This document shows positions 49,522 to 59,314 of a stretch of 64,000 nt of DNA, one piece after another (the stretch's first letter is position 1; each line of letters opens with the position of its first letter). The position numbers and the translations under genes were made by a program. Where the stretch lies: positions 1 through 64,000 of IMG/VR virus record IMGVR_UViG_3300027906_002394; one strand, written 5' to 3'. The DNA comes from a virus. The notes under the pieces are model-generated. The model searched no databases and was not told the DNA's origin. It worked only from the letters and a program-made list of their open reading frames with translations.

Positions 49522-50090
49522 TTGAACCCTATGAAGTTTATAAGTTATATCTAGCAATTAAACTTCATTTTACTACTAAGTCATATGATGTAGTAAAATA
49601 TAAGGGTAAAGTTAGAGTAAAACCAGAGACCTTTCGTAAAAGAAAGGACATGGTATCTATAAAGAAACTTGCTAGAGATTATAAACGCGAGGAAATAATA
49701 GATTTTTTAGTCGCAAATTTTGTATCTGGAGAACGATGGGGTGGTTTGTTTGATATACAGGCATCCAAAAGATACGAGGATTGGAAGGCAAAGAAGAATC
49801 AGAGAGAATATCTCTTTCAAAGGGATGTCTCAAAAATACTACTAGAGATGGAAAAGCAAAAAGTTGGCGCTTTTTTTGAAAAAAATGGAAAACAGGGCTT
49901 GACTTTTCGTCTGTACTTTGGTAGAATGATCGAAATTGAAACTCTTGTTATATTAGATAAGATTTTCGATTTTGTAGAAGAAACGGATGATATCTTATTA
50001 GAAGATGTTGTACTACTAGTGAAAAAGTATCGCCCGTTTGTTAAGGTGACTGACTCTATGAGAGAAGTCGCTAAAACACTTACTCAATAA
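49518..50090 (+). CDS. gp59: Helicase loader gp59
   Basis: VYKLYLAIKLHF...YD, FLVANF, IETLVILD, KKYRPF. Confidence 0.88.
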   Translation: MIEPYEVYKLYLAIKLHFTTKSYDVVKYKGKVRVKPETFRKRKDMVSIKKLARDYKREEIIDFLVANFVSGERWGGLFDIQASKRYEDWKAKKNQREYLFQRDVSKILLEMEKQKVGAFFEKNGKQGLTFRLYFGRMIEIETLVILDKIFDFVEETDDILLEDVVLLVKKYRPFVKVTDSMREVAKTLTQ

Positions 50091-50114
50091 CCTGTATAAA
50101 TAGGAGTGTACATA

Positions 50115-50297
50115 ATGAGTAGGAAACTACGCCCTCATGATGAAGAGAAGCGTATGAGAAGAGTACCTAGTGAAGATAAAACTAGACTTGACAAATACCA
50201 ACATCTCTTGTATAATGAGGATATGTATGAGTCCAATGAGTTCTTGAATGATTTGGATAAAAAAAGTAAAATACAACGCAAACATAAACCAATATAA
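50115..50297 (+). CDS. Small hypothetical protein
   Basis: AGGAG RBS, late promoter TATAAATA at 50095. Confidence 0.55.
   Translation: MSRKLRPHDEEKRMRRVPSEDKTRLDKYQHLLYNEDMYESNEFLNDLDKKSKIQRKHKPI
50188..50216 (+). promoter_or_regulatory. Consensus sigma70 promoter for gp32
   Basis: TTGACA-17 nt-TATAAT; a second candidate TTGACT-17-TAGAAT at 49899-49927. Confidence 0.7.
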
Positions 50298-50314
50298 CGC
50301 ACAAGGAGAAATAT

Positions 50315-51220
50315 ATGTCGTTTAATACTATAGAAGAGCTACGCAAGTCGCGTGGCAACTTTGACACCCTTCTTAACCAAGTTGAGAAGATGTCTACAAC
50401 TACCACCGAGTCTAATGACGATGGTAGGGAATGGAAACCAACTGTTGACCAAGCTGGAAATGGTTATGCAGTAATCCGATTTTTGCCCCCAGCAAAAGGT
50501 GAAGACCAATATTGGGCAAGACTCTGGACACATGGATTCCAAGGGCCTACTGGGAAGTGGTACATCGAGAATTCTCTCACAACTCTAGGACAACAAGACC
50601 CTGTTTCTGAATTGAACAGCGAATTGTGGAATAGCGGAGTTGAGTCTAACAAAGACATTGCTCGCAAACAAAAGCGTAGGCAGTCTTTTTATTCCAACAT
50701 TATTGTTGTGAAAGACCCATCAAATCCAGAAAGTGAAGGTAATGTATACCTTTATCGTTATGGTAAAAAAATCTTCGACAAAATTCAAGACTTGTTAAAG
50801 CCAGAATTTGAAGATGAAACTCCAGTAAATCCTTTTGATTTCTGGGAAGGCAGAAACTTCAAACTGAAGATTCGTCAAGTTGAGGGATTCCGAAACTATG
50901 ACAAGTCGGAGTTTGAGTCTGCTCCATCACCAGTAGCTGCTGATGATGAAATTGAGGCGATTTGGGCGAAACAACACTCTCTTGCAGAGATTGTAGACCC
51001 ATCTAACTTCAAGTCTTATGAAGACCTTAAATCCAAATTGGATATGGTTCTTCAAGGTGCAAGCAAGGTTCCCACTGCTTCAACTGTTGCAGCCCAGACA
51101 GGCGACATTGAAGATGACTTGTTTGTTAACAAAAACTCTGAAGCAAAGGTAGTCTCCAATGGTTCAGATAGTGATGACGATGCAATGTCGTACTTTGCAA
51201 AACTGGCTGACGATAGTTAA
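50315..51220 (+). CDS. gp32: Single-stranded DNA-binding protein gp32
   Basis: GNGYAVIRFLP, HGFQGP.GKWYIENS, YGKKIFDKI, NPFDFWEG.NFKLK, acidic tail SYFAKLA. Confidence 0.96.
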   Translation: MSFNTIEELRKSRGNFDTLLNQVEKMSTTTTESNDDGREWKPTVDQAGNGYAVIRFLPPAKGEDQYWARLWTHGFQGPTGKWYIENSLTTLGQQDPVSELNSELWNSGVESNKDIARKQKRRQSFYSNIIVVKDPSNPESEGNVYLYRYGKKIFDKIQDLLKPEFEDETPVNPFDFWEGRNFKLKIRQVEGFRNYDKSEFESAPSPVAADDEIEAIWAKQHSLAEIVDPSNFKSYEDLKSKLDMVLQGASKVPTASTVAAQTGDIEDDLFVNKNSEAKVVSNGSDSDDDAMSYFAKLADDS

Positions 51221-51240
51221 TATCTCAGATTAGTTATGCG

Positions 51241-51273
51241 AGGGGCGGCATAAATAGTGTCGCCCCTTTTTTT
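51241..51273 (+). terminator. Rho-independent terminator with CATAAATA in its loop
   Basis: AGGGGCGGCA-taaatag-TGTCGCCCCT then a T-run. Confidence 0.75.
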
Positions 51274-52812
51274 ATGGCAGAAATTATGGATGGAATTATA
51301 TTTGGTGGACAACTAGAAGACCTTGGTGGGTCAATTCATAAAGAAGATTCAAGAAACATATCAATAAGGCGCTCGTCTGGTGGACATAAAATTGCCACCT
51401 TTTTGAGGCAGAATGGTTATGATATTGATGTAGTAGATTATGTTCATCGTTGGACACTAGAACAATTAAAAGAATATATTAGACCAATAGCACAGGATTG
51501 TAAGTTCTTTGGGTTTGGTTCTACTTTCTTTTTAGATAGCCCAGTTGTTAAAGAACTGGTAAACTGGTTAAAGGTTCATTACCCACAAATACCGCGTGTC
51601 GCTGGTAGTCAAAATGATAGTATGCGTAGTTTAGATATGGATTGGTATGTCTATGGTTACGGTGAAAATGCTATGTTAGAACTAATGAAACATTTTGATG
51701 GTGGCCCAGAACCGAAACATGTTGATAATATAATTAATGCCTATGTTAATTACAAATCCTTCCCTAGAGATGATTTAACAGTCTCATATCAAGAAAATGA
51801 TTTTATGAACCCAAGAGAAATACTTCTTTTGGAGTTTGCTCGTGGATGTAAGTTTAAATGCAAGTTCTGTAGTTTCCCGATACTAGGTGTCAAGGGTGAT
51901 TACTCTCGTACAGCAGAAAGTGTCTATGATGAGATGTTAGAGAATTATGATAAATGGGGAACAGAACATTATATTGTCTTAGACGAAACATTCAATGATA
52001 GTCCACAGAAGATTGAGAAGTTTGCTAATGTAATAGAGAAACTTCCATTCCAACCAAAGATGACTGCCTATATTCGTGGTGATTTAATCGCTTCGCGTCC
52101 TAAAGATTGGGATAACCTAATCAAGATGGGAATTACATCTCATTTCTATGGTATTGAAAGTATGAACCACAAGGCAGCTAAATCTGTTGGTAAGGGGATG
52201 AATACTGGTAGAATACAGGATGGACTATTAGAAGTTAAAGAATACTTTCTGAAGAATGCTGGATTTTATAAAGGTCATATATCATTAATAGCTGGACTTC
52301 CATATGAAACCATTGATAGTCTACGCGATACAGTAGATTGGTGTTCAGAATACTGGTCTGACCAGAGTTATCATATGAATATATTGATGTTTAAGAACCT
52401 TTATAAACCTTCACTCAATCATAACTCAGAATTCGATTTACATTGGCGAGAATACGGTTATAAGAAGACCAAATTCCCAAAAGATGATATAAAGTGGGAC
52501 TTGAGTATCAATCCTTACTATAAAGTCCTCTACGACTACATGGCGACCTCTGAGGACTATATACAATGGAAGAATGACTATACTACCATGTATGATTGTT
52601 TTAAGTTCTGCGTGGAAGAGTTTAGTCAGGCAAAATTGAAGAATGTACTAGACCCATTCATGTATGATAAGTTCTTTATTGACCCTAGTGTAAGTTGGGA
52701 TGATTTTCAGACACAAAATCATATGGAAAGAAGAGAATCCCATATATTAGAACATGTAGATAATTATATTAAAAAGAAAATATTATCTACCACTACCAAT
52801 ATTCATTTTTAG
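51274..52812 (+). CDS. Cobalamin-dependent (class B-like) radical SAM protein
   Basis: N-terminal B12-binding-like region (ATFLRQNGYDIDVVD, GYGE), EFARGCKFKCKFC, DETFND, GIES, IAGLPYET. Confidence 0.8.
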   Translation: MAEIMDGIIFGGQLEDLGGSIHKEDSRNISIRRSSGGHKIATFLRQNGYDIDVVDYVHRWTLEQLKEYIRPIAQDCKFFGFGSTFFLDSPVVKELVNWLKVHYPQIPRVAGSQNDSMRSLDMDWYVYGYGENAMLELMKHFDGGPEPKHVDNIINAYVNYKSFPRDDLTVSYQENDFMNPREILLLEFARGCKFKCKFCSFPILGVKGDYSRTAESVYDEMLENYDKWGTEHYIVLDETFNDSPQKIEKFANVIEKLPFQPKMTAYIRGDLIASRPKDWDNLIKMGITSHFYGIESMNHKAAKSVGKGMNTGRIQDGLLEVKEYFLKNAGFYKGHISLIAGLPYETIDSLRDTVDWCSEYWSDQSYHMNILMFKNLYKPSLNHNSEFDLHWREYGYKKTKFPKDDIKWDLSINPYYKVLYDYMATSEDYIQWKNDYTTMYDCFKFCVEEFSQAKLKNVLDPFMYDKFFIDPSVSWDDFQTQNHMERRESHILEHVDNYIKKKILSTTTNIHF

Positions 52813-54591
52813 TTTACTGTCTGGATTTAGAGTACTGTCATCTACCTTAATCACTCCAATATATTGGGTTGACCCGCCAGGCGGAGTTCCAGTTGATGTT
52901 TGCATGGAAGTCATAGCAGATGCAAGTTCTTGATTTGCTTTTATTTGTTTATCAACAACTCTTTGGTCTCTTTTTACAACTTCATTTTGGGCGGTTGTAG
53001 TTGCAGTTTCTAGTGTCATAGAATCTGTATCAACTATTGGTTCTGCACTTTCAAGGTCTGAAGCAAGAGAAGCTTCTAGTTTTTGTTGTTTTGATACTTT
53101 TGGAGTGCCATCTGCTTTAAAGTCTTTACCGTATTTTTCATCCCATGCTTCTTGTTCTTTAGCAAGTCTTTCCTTAGTTGTGTCACTTGCGAACATTGGA
53201 ATTTCTGGTCTCTTTTCAACATTGCCTGCTTCATCAGCATCTTCATTAAGTCCCTCTTGGAGTTCTTTCAATTTCTTCACAATATAATCTTTAATAGCTC
53301 CGTATCTACCTTTGAATCTATCTGGCATATTCACCATGTCAGCATCATGAGGGAATTTTTCTTCTGTTGAGTCGCCGTCTGGGTTACCATACATGTCATT
53401 GTACATGTCTCTCGCAAGAAGACCTAAGTCTACTGTTAAACCACCAGCTACACTTGGAATTGCAACACCAGCTCCTTCAATAGCAGCACCTGCTATATCA
53501 CCTTGGAATAGTCTCCATAATGCCATTCCTGCCCCAGCAACTGCACCAACAACAGGGATTTGTTTTAATCCATATTTCCCCATATTTTTCAGTAGTGATT
53601 TTGCCATTACAGCTTTATCTGCTAATTTGGCAGCATCGTCTACCTTGCTTGTTAGGGTAACCTTCCCTCCTTCTGCTAAGTCTGCTGGATTAACTTTTTT
53701 GGTGGTCAACTTATCATCAATTTTCGATACCTCTCTCAAGTTGCCTTTTTTATCTACTCCAACTTGTGTTCCGTCCTTGGTGATACCAACATTACCTTCC
53801 TTTACGCTAACATCTACTGTTTTGGGAGTTTTTAGTTTATCTTGTTCACCCAGTACACTTTTTACATTGGGGTCTTTACCTTTAAAGAATTTTCCTACAT
53901 CTAGATTTTTTGCTACACCACCTAGTTCTGTTATTTTACCCATCCACTTGGTTGTGAGTTGACTCATTTTCGCAGTTAAAGTAGTACCCCAATCTTCCAT
54001 TCCTTCTTCAACCGCGTCTATATCTTGTTGTTGTTTTTCTCCTTCACCAGCTAACATAGCGCCAAGAGCAGCTCCACCTAATCCAGCAGCTAAGGAAGCA
54101 GAAGTGCCGGCACCTCCTCCGCCGCCTTTGCCTCCACCAAACATTCCCCTTATAGCATTTTCGTCTGGTGGTGGTTTTGCACCTCCAGTACCACTAAAAC
54201 CAGCAGATATTAATGATGTATCTTGGTGAATTTTAACTAGAACTCTTTCTATGTCTTGAAGCTGGTTTATCATAGGGTCATTACCAGCATAGTCTTGTAC
54301 CATCGATGTAGCAGCTTCAGCTGACGAACTTCCGCCAGCGCCTCCACCACCGCCTGAACCTCTACCTATTGGTATGACATTACCACCAGCTCCTGCTCCC
54401 ATGGCGCCATCGCCACCACCCATTTGACCAGATAAATCATTTCCGCCTAGAAAACTTGCTGCTCCATATCCAGTAGCTGCTGCCCCTGCTTTACTGCCGG
54501 GAGCTTTTGTAACTTTGTTTTTACCACCGCCCCTTCTAAATAGGTTTTTTGCACCCGAAGCTATTCTTGCTCCTGCTAACCACCAAGCCAT
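52783..54591 (-). CDS. Baseplate hub/tape-measure-like protein (gp29 position)
   Basis: Gly/Ala-rich, LKQIPVVGAVAG segment, downstream of gp26/gp51. Confidence 0.55.
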   Translation of the reverse strand: MAWWLAGARIASGAKNLFRRGGGKNKVTKAPGSKAGAAATGYGAASFLGGNDLSGQMGGGDGAMGAGAGGNVIPIGRGSGGGGGAGGSSSAEAATSMVQDYAGNDPMINQLQDIERVLVKIHQDTSLISAGFSGTGGAKPPPDENAIRGMFGGGKGGGGGAGTSASLAAGLGGAALGAMLAGEGEKQQQDIDAVEEGMEDWGTTLTAKMSQLTTKWMGKITELGGVAKNLDVGKFFKGKDPNVKSVLGEQDKLKTPKTVDVSVKEGNVGITKDGTQVGVDKKGNLREVSKIDDKLTTKKVNPADLAEGGKVTLTSKVDDAAKLADKAVMAKSLLKNMGKYGLKQIPVVGAVAGAGMALWRLFQGDIAGAAIEGAGVAIPSVAGGLTVDLGLLARDMYNDMYGNPDGDSTEEKFPHDADMVNMPDRFKGRYGAIKDYIVKKLKELQEGLNEDADEAGNVEKRPEIPMFASDTTKERLAKEQEAWDEKYGKDFKADGTPKVSKQQKLEASLASDLESAEPIVDTDSMTLETATTTAQNEVVKRDQRVVDKQIKANQELASAMTSMQTSTGTPPGGSTQYIGVIKVDDSTLNPDSKLKMNIGSGR

Positions 54592-54780
54592 TTATTGTCT
54601 CCATTTATCCGATTTAGCATCTTCTCTCTTTTTCTTTAAATGTTGGATTAACATTGAAATGTATACTTGCCTTTCCCACGGAACCCAACTCTCTATTTCT
54701 GTTAAACTATATTTATGTTCTTGCATAAGTAGAAAGTTAGTTTTAAAATAATTTTCTAAATTCTCATGAAAAAGGCTCAT
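54592..54780 (-). CDS. gp51: Baseplate hub assembly chaperone gp51
   Basis: YFKTNFLLMQEHKYSLTEIE..VPWERQVY. Confidence 0.88.
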   Translation of the reverse strand: MSLFHENLENYFKTNFLLMQEHKYSLTEIESWVPWERQVYISMLIQHLKKKREDAKSDKWRQ

Positions 54781-55472
54781 ACGAAAAAATCGTAGTACCC
54801 ATTCAAGTAAGCGGTATTCTTTTTCTCACATTTTGGACAGTCATAATCCACATAATTCTCAATTACTGGCATTGTCTCAAAAAACTTTTTAATATGAGAG
54901 AATTGTTCTGTGGTTAAGTTGTCTATAAACTCCGCCCTGTCCGATTCAGTTAAATCTTCGTAGATTGCCTCCCCTTGGAAAATTTTCTCGATACACACTT
55001 CAGCGACTTTAAACAAATCCTGTTCTGTTTCTGATTTACCTATTTCTATCATCTCACTAGCATTTGGGTATCTCATTTCAAGTGACATCTCATTTCCAAG
55101 TTGTACTGTTTTATCGTGACCTTCAGTCTCATATAATTTAAAAGTATCCAATGATATTTCTATATCAATTGGTGCTTCACAATGACCGCAAAGAAGTCTC
55201 GCGTCTATTTTATCTGATATTGAAACCTTTCTCAGTTCCAAGAAAATTTGTTGCATATCAAAAATGGGTATCTTTTCCCCATCAACCTTACCGAAAGAAC
55301 AATTGGTTACCACTTGTTGAGTGGCTTTTATCATTTCTTCTTCCTCTTTGGTTTCATTTGCTAATACAAGTAATTTTTCCTCTTTTACTAGGAAAGGCCT
55401 GAATTTCACTTTCTTACCTAGAGAGTGAACATGAACATCTATCAGAGGATGTTCAGTTATTGGTAGTGCCAT
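54777..55472 (-). CDS. gp26: Baseplate hub subunit gp26 (copy A)
   Basis: MALP, KFRPFLVKEEKLL, CxxC, MRYP, FFETMP, CxxC, DFF. Confidence 0.88.
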   Translation of the reverse strand: MALPITEHPLIDVHVHSLGKKVKFRPFLVKEEKLLVLANETKEEEEMIKATQQVVTNCSFGKVDGEKIPIFDMQQIFLELRKVSISDKIDARLLCGHCEAPIDIEISLDTFKLYETEGHDKTVQLGNEMSLEMRYPNASEMIEIGKSETEQDLFKVAEVCIEKIFQGEAIYEDLTESDRAEFIDNLTTEQFSHIKKFFETMPVIENYVDYDCPKCEKKNTAYLNGYYDFFV

Positions 55473-55473
55473 A

Positions 55474-56181
55474 TTATCCTCCAAACCTATCGTTATGGAA
55501 ACCAAAATATCCATTCATAATTTCGATATTTTCTGCTTCACAATGCGAACAATTAAACTCTATTATATTTCTAACCACTGGCATGGTTTCAAAAAATAAC
55601 TTTATAATATTAAACTCTTGTCTTGTCAACGAATCGACAAACTCTATTTTATCTTCAGATGGAATATCATTCCACACAGCAGTATCTTGTTCTATTTCTT
55701 CAATACACAAACCTGCTAAATCATAAAATTCCGCGTATTCTTTTCCTTCTGTCATCTCAAATAATTCTTTTGCTGTTGGGTATCTCATAGTTACAACTAA
55801 GTTATCTCTTATTGGAAATACTGGTTTATGTCTTTCATCATATACCGTTTCAAAATTATCTATTTGAATATCAACTATATTTCCTTCTCCACATTCATCA
55901 CATAATATCAGCCACTCTGGCATCTCTATACCAGAAATTTTTGTTAATTGAATCCATATGTTTTGTAGGTCAAAGATGGGTAAAGTAAATCCATCCACTT
56001 TACCCAAAGAACAATTAGTAATACATTTGCTTAATGTTTCTATTGATTCAGAACGACTCTGTTCTTTTAAGTTTTCAAATAGTTTTTCCTCTTTAACCAG
56101 AAATGGTCTAAAAGGAATTTTTTTATCTAGTTGAAAAACATATATGTCCGTCAACGGATATTCCGCTTTTGGCAGCGTCAT
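55474..56181 (-). CDS. Baseplate hub subunit gp26-like (copy B)
   Basis: PFRPFLVKEEK, CDEC, MRYP, FFETMP, CSHC. Confidence 0.8.
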   Translation of the reverse strand: MTLPKAEYPLTDIYVFQLDKKIPFRPFLVKEEKLFENLKEQSRSESIETLSKCITNCSLGKVDGFTLPIFDLQNIWIQLTKISGIEMPEWLILCDECGEGNIVDIQIDNFETVYDERHKPVFPIRDNLVVTMRYPTAKELFEMTEGKEYAEFYDLAGLCIEEIEQDTAVWNDIPSEDKIEFVDSLTRQEFNIIKLFFETMPVVRNIIEFNCSHCEAENIEIMNGYFGFHNDRFGG

Positions 56182-56198
56182 AACAAACCTCCAATAAT

Positions 56199-56831
56199 TT
56201 AATCAACCCAATCATTAATGTTATCTGCAATCTTACTTTTAATTGCATTTTTGAAACTATTCTTACGGAAATTGAGTAATCCAAATAATTTTTCTGAATC
56301 TCTCGAATCAACCGCACGAGAAGACCACCTTCTAAAAGCAAAAGTACAATTGACTCTGACAATGCCTTCAGCACTTTGCCCCATTGGTAAAATATTCATG
56401 AGTCTTGGAAACGCATCATATAATTTCCATCCTGTTACCCTATTGTCTTCTCTATCTAAGGCAAAAACTTCAACCTGTCCAACATGTTCATCTGGAAAAC
56501 TTACTTCTTTTGATATTGGATTCGCAATAATGGTCATCCAGTTTTCAAAGTAAGACCTAACATCCCAATTATCATCACAGAAAAATGTAAATGCTGCTGT
56601 GTCTCCAAAGTATTCTACACCATGAGCTCTTTGTTCCGTCCAATGACTTATCATAGTTGGTGTCCATTTTATTTGCAGGCCTGGAATTTGAGCTTCCTCG
56701 CATAGCAATGATACTTCTCTATCATCTGTAAATTTTTGGGGACTGCTAATTACAATTTCAAATCTATTAGACCTAGCAAGGTCATTCTTTCTAACCTTAC
56801 TAATGAAATCTCTTGTTTTAAAATAAGCCAT
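56199..56831 (-). CDS. Tail-tube-fold baseplate protein (gp54-like tube initiator)
   Basis: LARSNRFEI, LCEEAQIPG, YFENWM, LYDAFP, TFAFRRW. Confidence 0.7.
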   Translation of the reverse strand: MAYFKTRDFISKVRKNDLARSNRFEIVISSPQKFTDDREVSLLCEEAQIPGLQIKWTPTMISHWTEQRAHGVEYFGDTAAFTFFCDDNWDVRSYFENWMTIIANPISKEVSFPDEHVGQVEVFALDREDNRVTGWKLYDAFPRLMNILPMGQSAEGIVRVNCTFAFRRWSSRAVDSRDSEKLFGLLNFRKNSFKNAIKSKIADNINDWVD

Positions 56832-57400
56832 TAAATCATTCTCCTAGACTTTTGGAATACGGTGTTCTTACTAACATTAAAGTCTTCTACTGGCAAAAAT
56901 ATAGCACCTTTCCAATCTTGTGGATTGATTTCATAAAATCTAGACCTTAGTTGTTTTGTTAAATATCTTTTTACGCATGGTTTTACTTCTGGAAACTGGG
57001 CAACATTGTTCAATAAACTCCAGTTAAATTTCATTCTACTTTCATCTTCAATTGCTTGGTCATCTAATGTTTCCATTAATTTGCCTAATAACTGAGCTCT
57101 CATCATGTAAGGTAGATAATGTAAATTCAATCCCCAGAAACCATCTGCGGTTGGTTCAAATGGAAGACATAAAGGAAAAGCATCGAAATACGGTAATTTG
57201 TCTTTCCATTTCGCGTCATACCTAAACAGATACATTGAACCTATAGTAAATTTACCAACTGGTTGACCTATATCAGATGATATAGCGCTGGATGGACTGT
57301 TTACGCCACGCATGACTTGTCTTACTTGGTTCATGTACCAATTAAATGACTTTCTTCCAGAATCGGAGTTCGGTCTAATTTGTAAAAATGGATTTGCCAT
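56831..57400 (-). CDS. gp2: DNA end protector protein gp2
   Basis: GSMYLFRYDAK.KDKLPYFDAFPL, GLNLHYLP, CVKRYL, LPVEDF; late promoter at 57406-57413 (minus). Confidence 0.9.
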   Translation of the reverse strand: MANPFLQIRPNSDSGRKSFNWYMNQVRQVMRGVNSPSSAISSDIGQPVGKFTIGSMYLFRYDAKWKDKLPYFDAFPLCLPFEPTADGFWGLNLHYLPYMMRAQLLGKLMETLDDQAIEDESRMKFNWSLLNNVAQFPEVKPCVKRYLTKQLRSRFYEINPQDWKGAIFLPVEDFNVSKNTVFQKSRRMI

Positions 57401-57444
57401 GAGACTATTTATAACAGTTTGAAAGCCACCCATGTTCATTAAAA

Positions 57445-57477
57445 TTTAATCAAATCTTAATCAAATTGTAACACAAA
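57445..57477 (+). promoter_or_regulatory. Pho-box-like 11-bp tandem repeat
   Basis: TTTAATCAAAT CTTAATCAAAT TGTAACACAAA upstream of the transporter pair. Confidence 0.55.
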
Positions 57478-57553
57478 AGCGCACGGCAAAGATATAGGTA
57501 TCAATAAATATTTTACATATAATATTAATTCATCTACTTAATGAGGTAAAGGA

Positions 57554-57886
57554 ATGAAACTCAAGTTCGTTCTCTTAGTTGTTTTATTAACAACACCATT
57601 TGCAACCCCCTACGCTAATCCATATTTAGAACTCAAGAACACAGTTCCCTTCAAAGATTACCACTCTGAAACATCTACAAGTCATTTAAGACTAGGATAT
57701 AAGTTCGACAACAATTTTTATGTCGAAGGTGGTGCTATGTCGCATGGTTCTAGTTATGAGGCTGGATACAAATTCAAAAAAGGAAAATGGACTATCAAGG
57801 GAAAGTGGGAAGGTTCAGATTCAAGTAAAAGGGACTATTTTAAATCTAAAATAGAAACAGAACTCAGATATACTTTTGGAGACTAA
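57554..57886 (+). CDS. Small outer-membrane beta-barrel-like protein
   Basis: Signal peptide, alternating aromatic strands (RLGYKF, EAGYKF, LRYTF). Confidence 0.6.
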   Translation: MKLKFVLLVVLLTTPFATPYANPYLELKNTVPFKDYHSETSTSHLRLGYKFDNNFYVEGGAMSHGSSYEAGYKFKKGKWTIKGKWEGSDSSKRDYFKSKIETELRYTFGD

Positions 57887-57887
57887 C

Positions 57888-58835
57888 ATGGATGTAATGA
57901 CGCTCTTGTGGACTTGTTTGGGATTTGCTTTTGCTAGTTATACAGTAATCGCAAACGATAGTATTCAAACTCTTGGTACTTGGATTGCATCTAATAAAGA
58001 GAGATTTGATTGGAAGATAATGTGGGCAGCCGCAAGTAGTGTTTTGTTATTTGCTATTTGGTATGGATGGACAGTCAATGCTGGTGATATATCATATGGT
58101 AGATTAGATAGAATACCGTATGTAGAACCACAATGGTATCATGCAATGGCACCAGCAGTATTGTTATTACTTACTAGATTTGGTGTTCCTGTTAGTACAT
58201 CGTTTTTAGTGTTAAGTGCATTTGCGAGTACATTCGTTTTAGAAAAGATGTTAGTCAAATCTTTTGCTGGTTATGGTGTAGCGGCTGTGAGTGCATATGT
58301 CATATGGGCAGTCGTATCAAAATGGTTACAGAATGTAGAATTGCGTGGTAGTGATAGAAACTGGCGAATACTACAATGGATTATTACTGGTTGGTTGTGG
58401 TGGACTTGGTTATCACATGATATGGCAAATATGGCAGTATTCTTACCGCGTGAAATCGATATCGTTCCATTAGTCGCTATTAGTGCATTGTTTGTTGCTG
58501 GTATGGGATGGATGTTTAAAGAACAGGGTGGTAAGATACAACATGTAGTTCAGAGTAAGACAGATACAAACTATGTTAAGAGTGCAACTTTAATTGACTT
58601 CATATATCTCATAATTCTATGGTACTTTAAACAATACAACAATATACCAATGAGTACAACATGGGTATTCATAGGATTGTTAAGTGGTAGAGAACTTGCT
58701 ATTGCAACATTTGATGCTACCAGAACTAAAAACTTCAAAGAGGTATTCCCAATAATCGCTGGTGACTTTGGTAAGTTGATGGTAGGTGTTGCCGCTTCAA
58801 TGGGCATTATTATAGGTATTCATACTTTCGCGTAG
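57888..58835 (+). CDS. PiT/PHO4-like inorganic phosphate transporter
   Basis: Multi-TM; internal repeat IANDSIQ...PVSTS and SHDMAN...PMSTT resembling the PiT GANDxAN/PVSTT signatures. Confidence 0.65.
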   Translation: MDVMTLLWTCLGFAFASYTVIANDSIQTLGTWIASNKERFDWKIMWAAASSVLLFAIWYGWTVNAGDISYGRLDRIPYVEPQWYHAMAPAVLLLLTRFGVPVSTSFLVLSAFASTFVLEKMLVKSFAGYGVAAVSAYVIWAVVSKWLQNVELRGSDRNWRILQWIITGWLWWTWLSHDMANMAVFLPREIDIVPLVAISALFVAGMGWMFKEQGGKIQHVVQSKTDTNYVKSATLIDFIYLIILWYFKQYNNIPMSTTWVFIGLLSGRELAIATFDATRTKNFKEVFPIIAGDFGKLMVGVAASMGIIIGIHTFA

Positions 58836-59263
58836 ATACCTAATTCTTTTTCAGTAATTATTTTAAACTCCCAACCTCGGTCAGCACAGTACTCTCGTGC
58901 TGACTTCCACTTTGCTTCATTGATACCATAGTTAGCAATCTCTTGTAGATACTTTTTTGTTTTCTTTCTAGGTTCTGGTGGTTTAGTGAATCGCTCTGGT
59001 TTAACTTCTATTAGATATGTACCGCCAACTGTCTTGATATAAAAGTCCACATAATAACTGTGTATCCTTCTATCTAAAGGAGACCTATAGGGTATCGCTA
59101 TAGGTTCAGATGCCCACTCTAAAACATCTTGGTTCTTGTCGCACCAATTCATAAATTTTAGTTCGTAAGCTGACCTATAAATAACCTCATTAAGATTACC
59201 GCGATACTTTTTCGCGTTTTTTGGAATAAATTTTCCTTGATGGATATCTTTTCGGTACGGCAT
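58820..59263 (-). CDS. gp4: Head completion nuclease gp4
   Basis: YRSAYELKFMNWCD, WASE, YYVDF, LIEVKP, NEAKW, ITEKEL. Confidence 0.9.
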   Translation of the reverse strand: MPYRKDIHQGKFIPKNAKKYRGNLNEVIYRSAYELKFMNWCDKNQDVLEWASEPIAIPYRSPLDRRIHSYYVDFYIKTVGGTYLIEVKPERFTKPPEPRKKTKKYLQEIANYGINEAKWKSAREYCADRGWEFKIITEKELGIYAKV

Positions 59264-59265
59264 GT

Positions 59266-59273
59266 TATAAATA
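59266..59273 (+). promoter_or_regulatory. T4-type late promoter
   Basis: TATAAATA upstream of gp48. Confidence 0.7.
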
Positions 59274-59314
59274 GTCCAATAATATCATAATTACTATTTA
59301 TTCGGAGTTTGAGA

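Noticed and set aside
53393-53962. 189-aa + strand ORF and similar antisense ORFs elsewhere
   Set aside because: Shadows of well-supported opposite-strand genes
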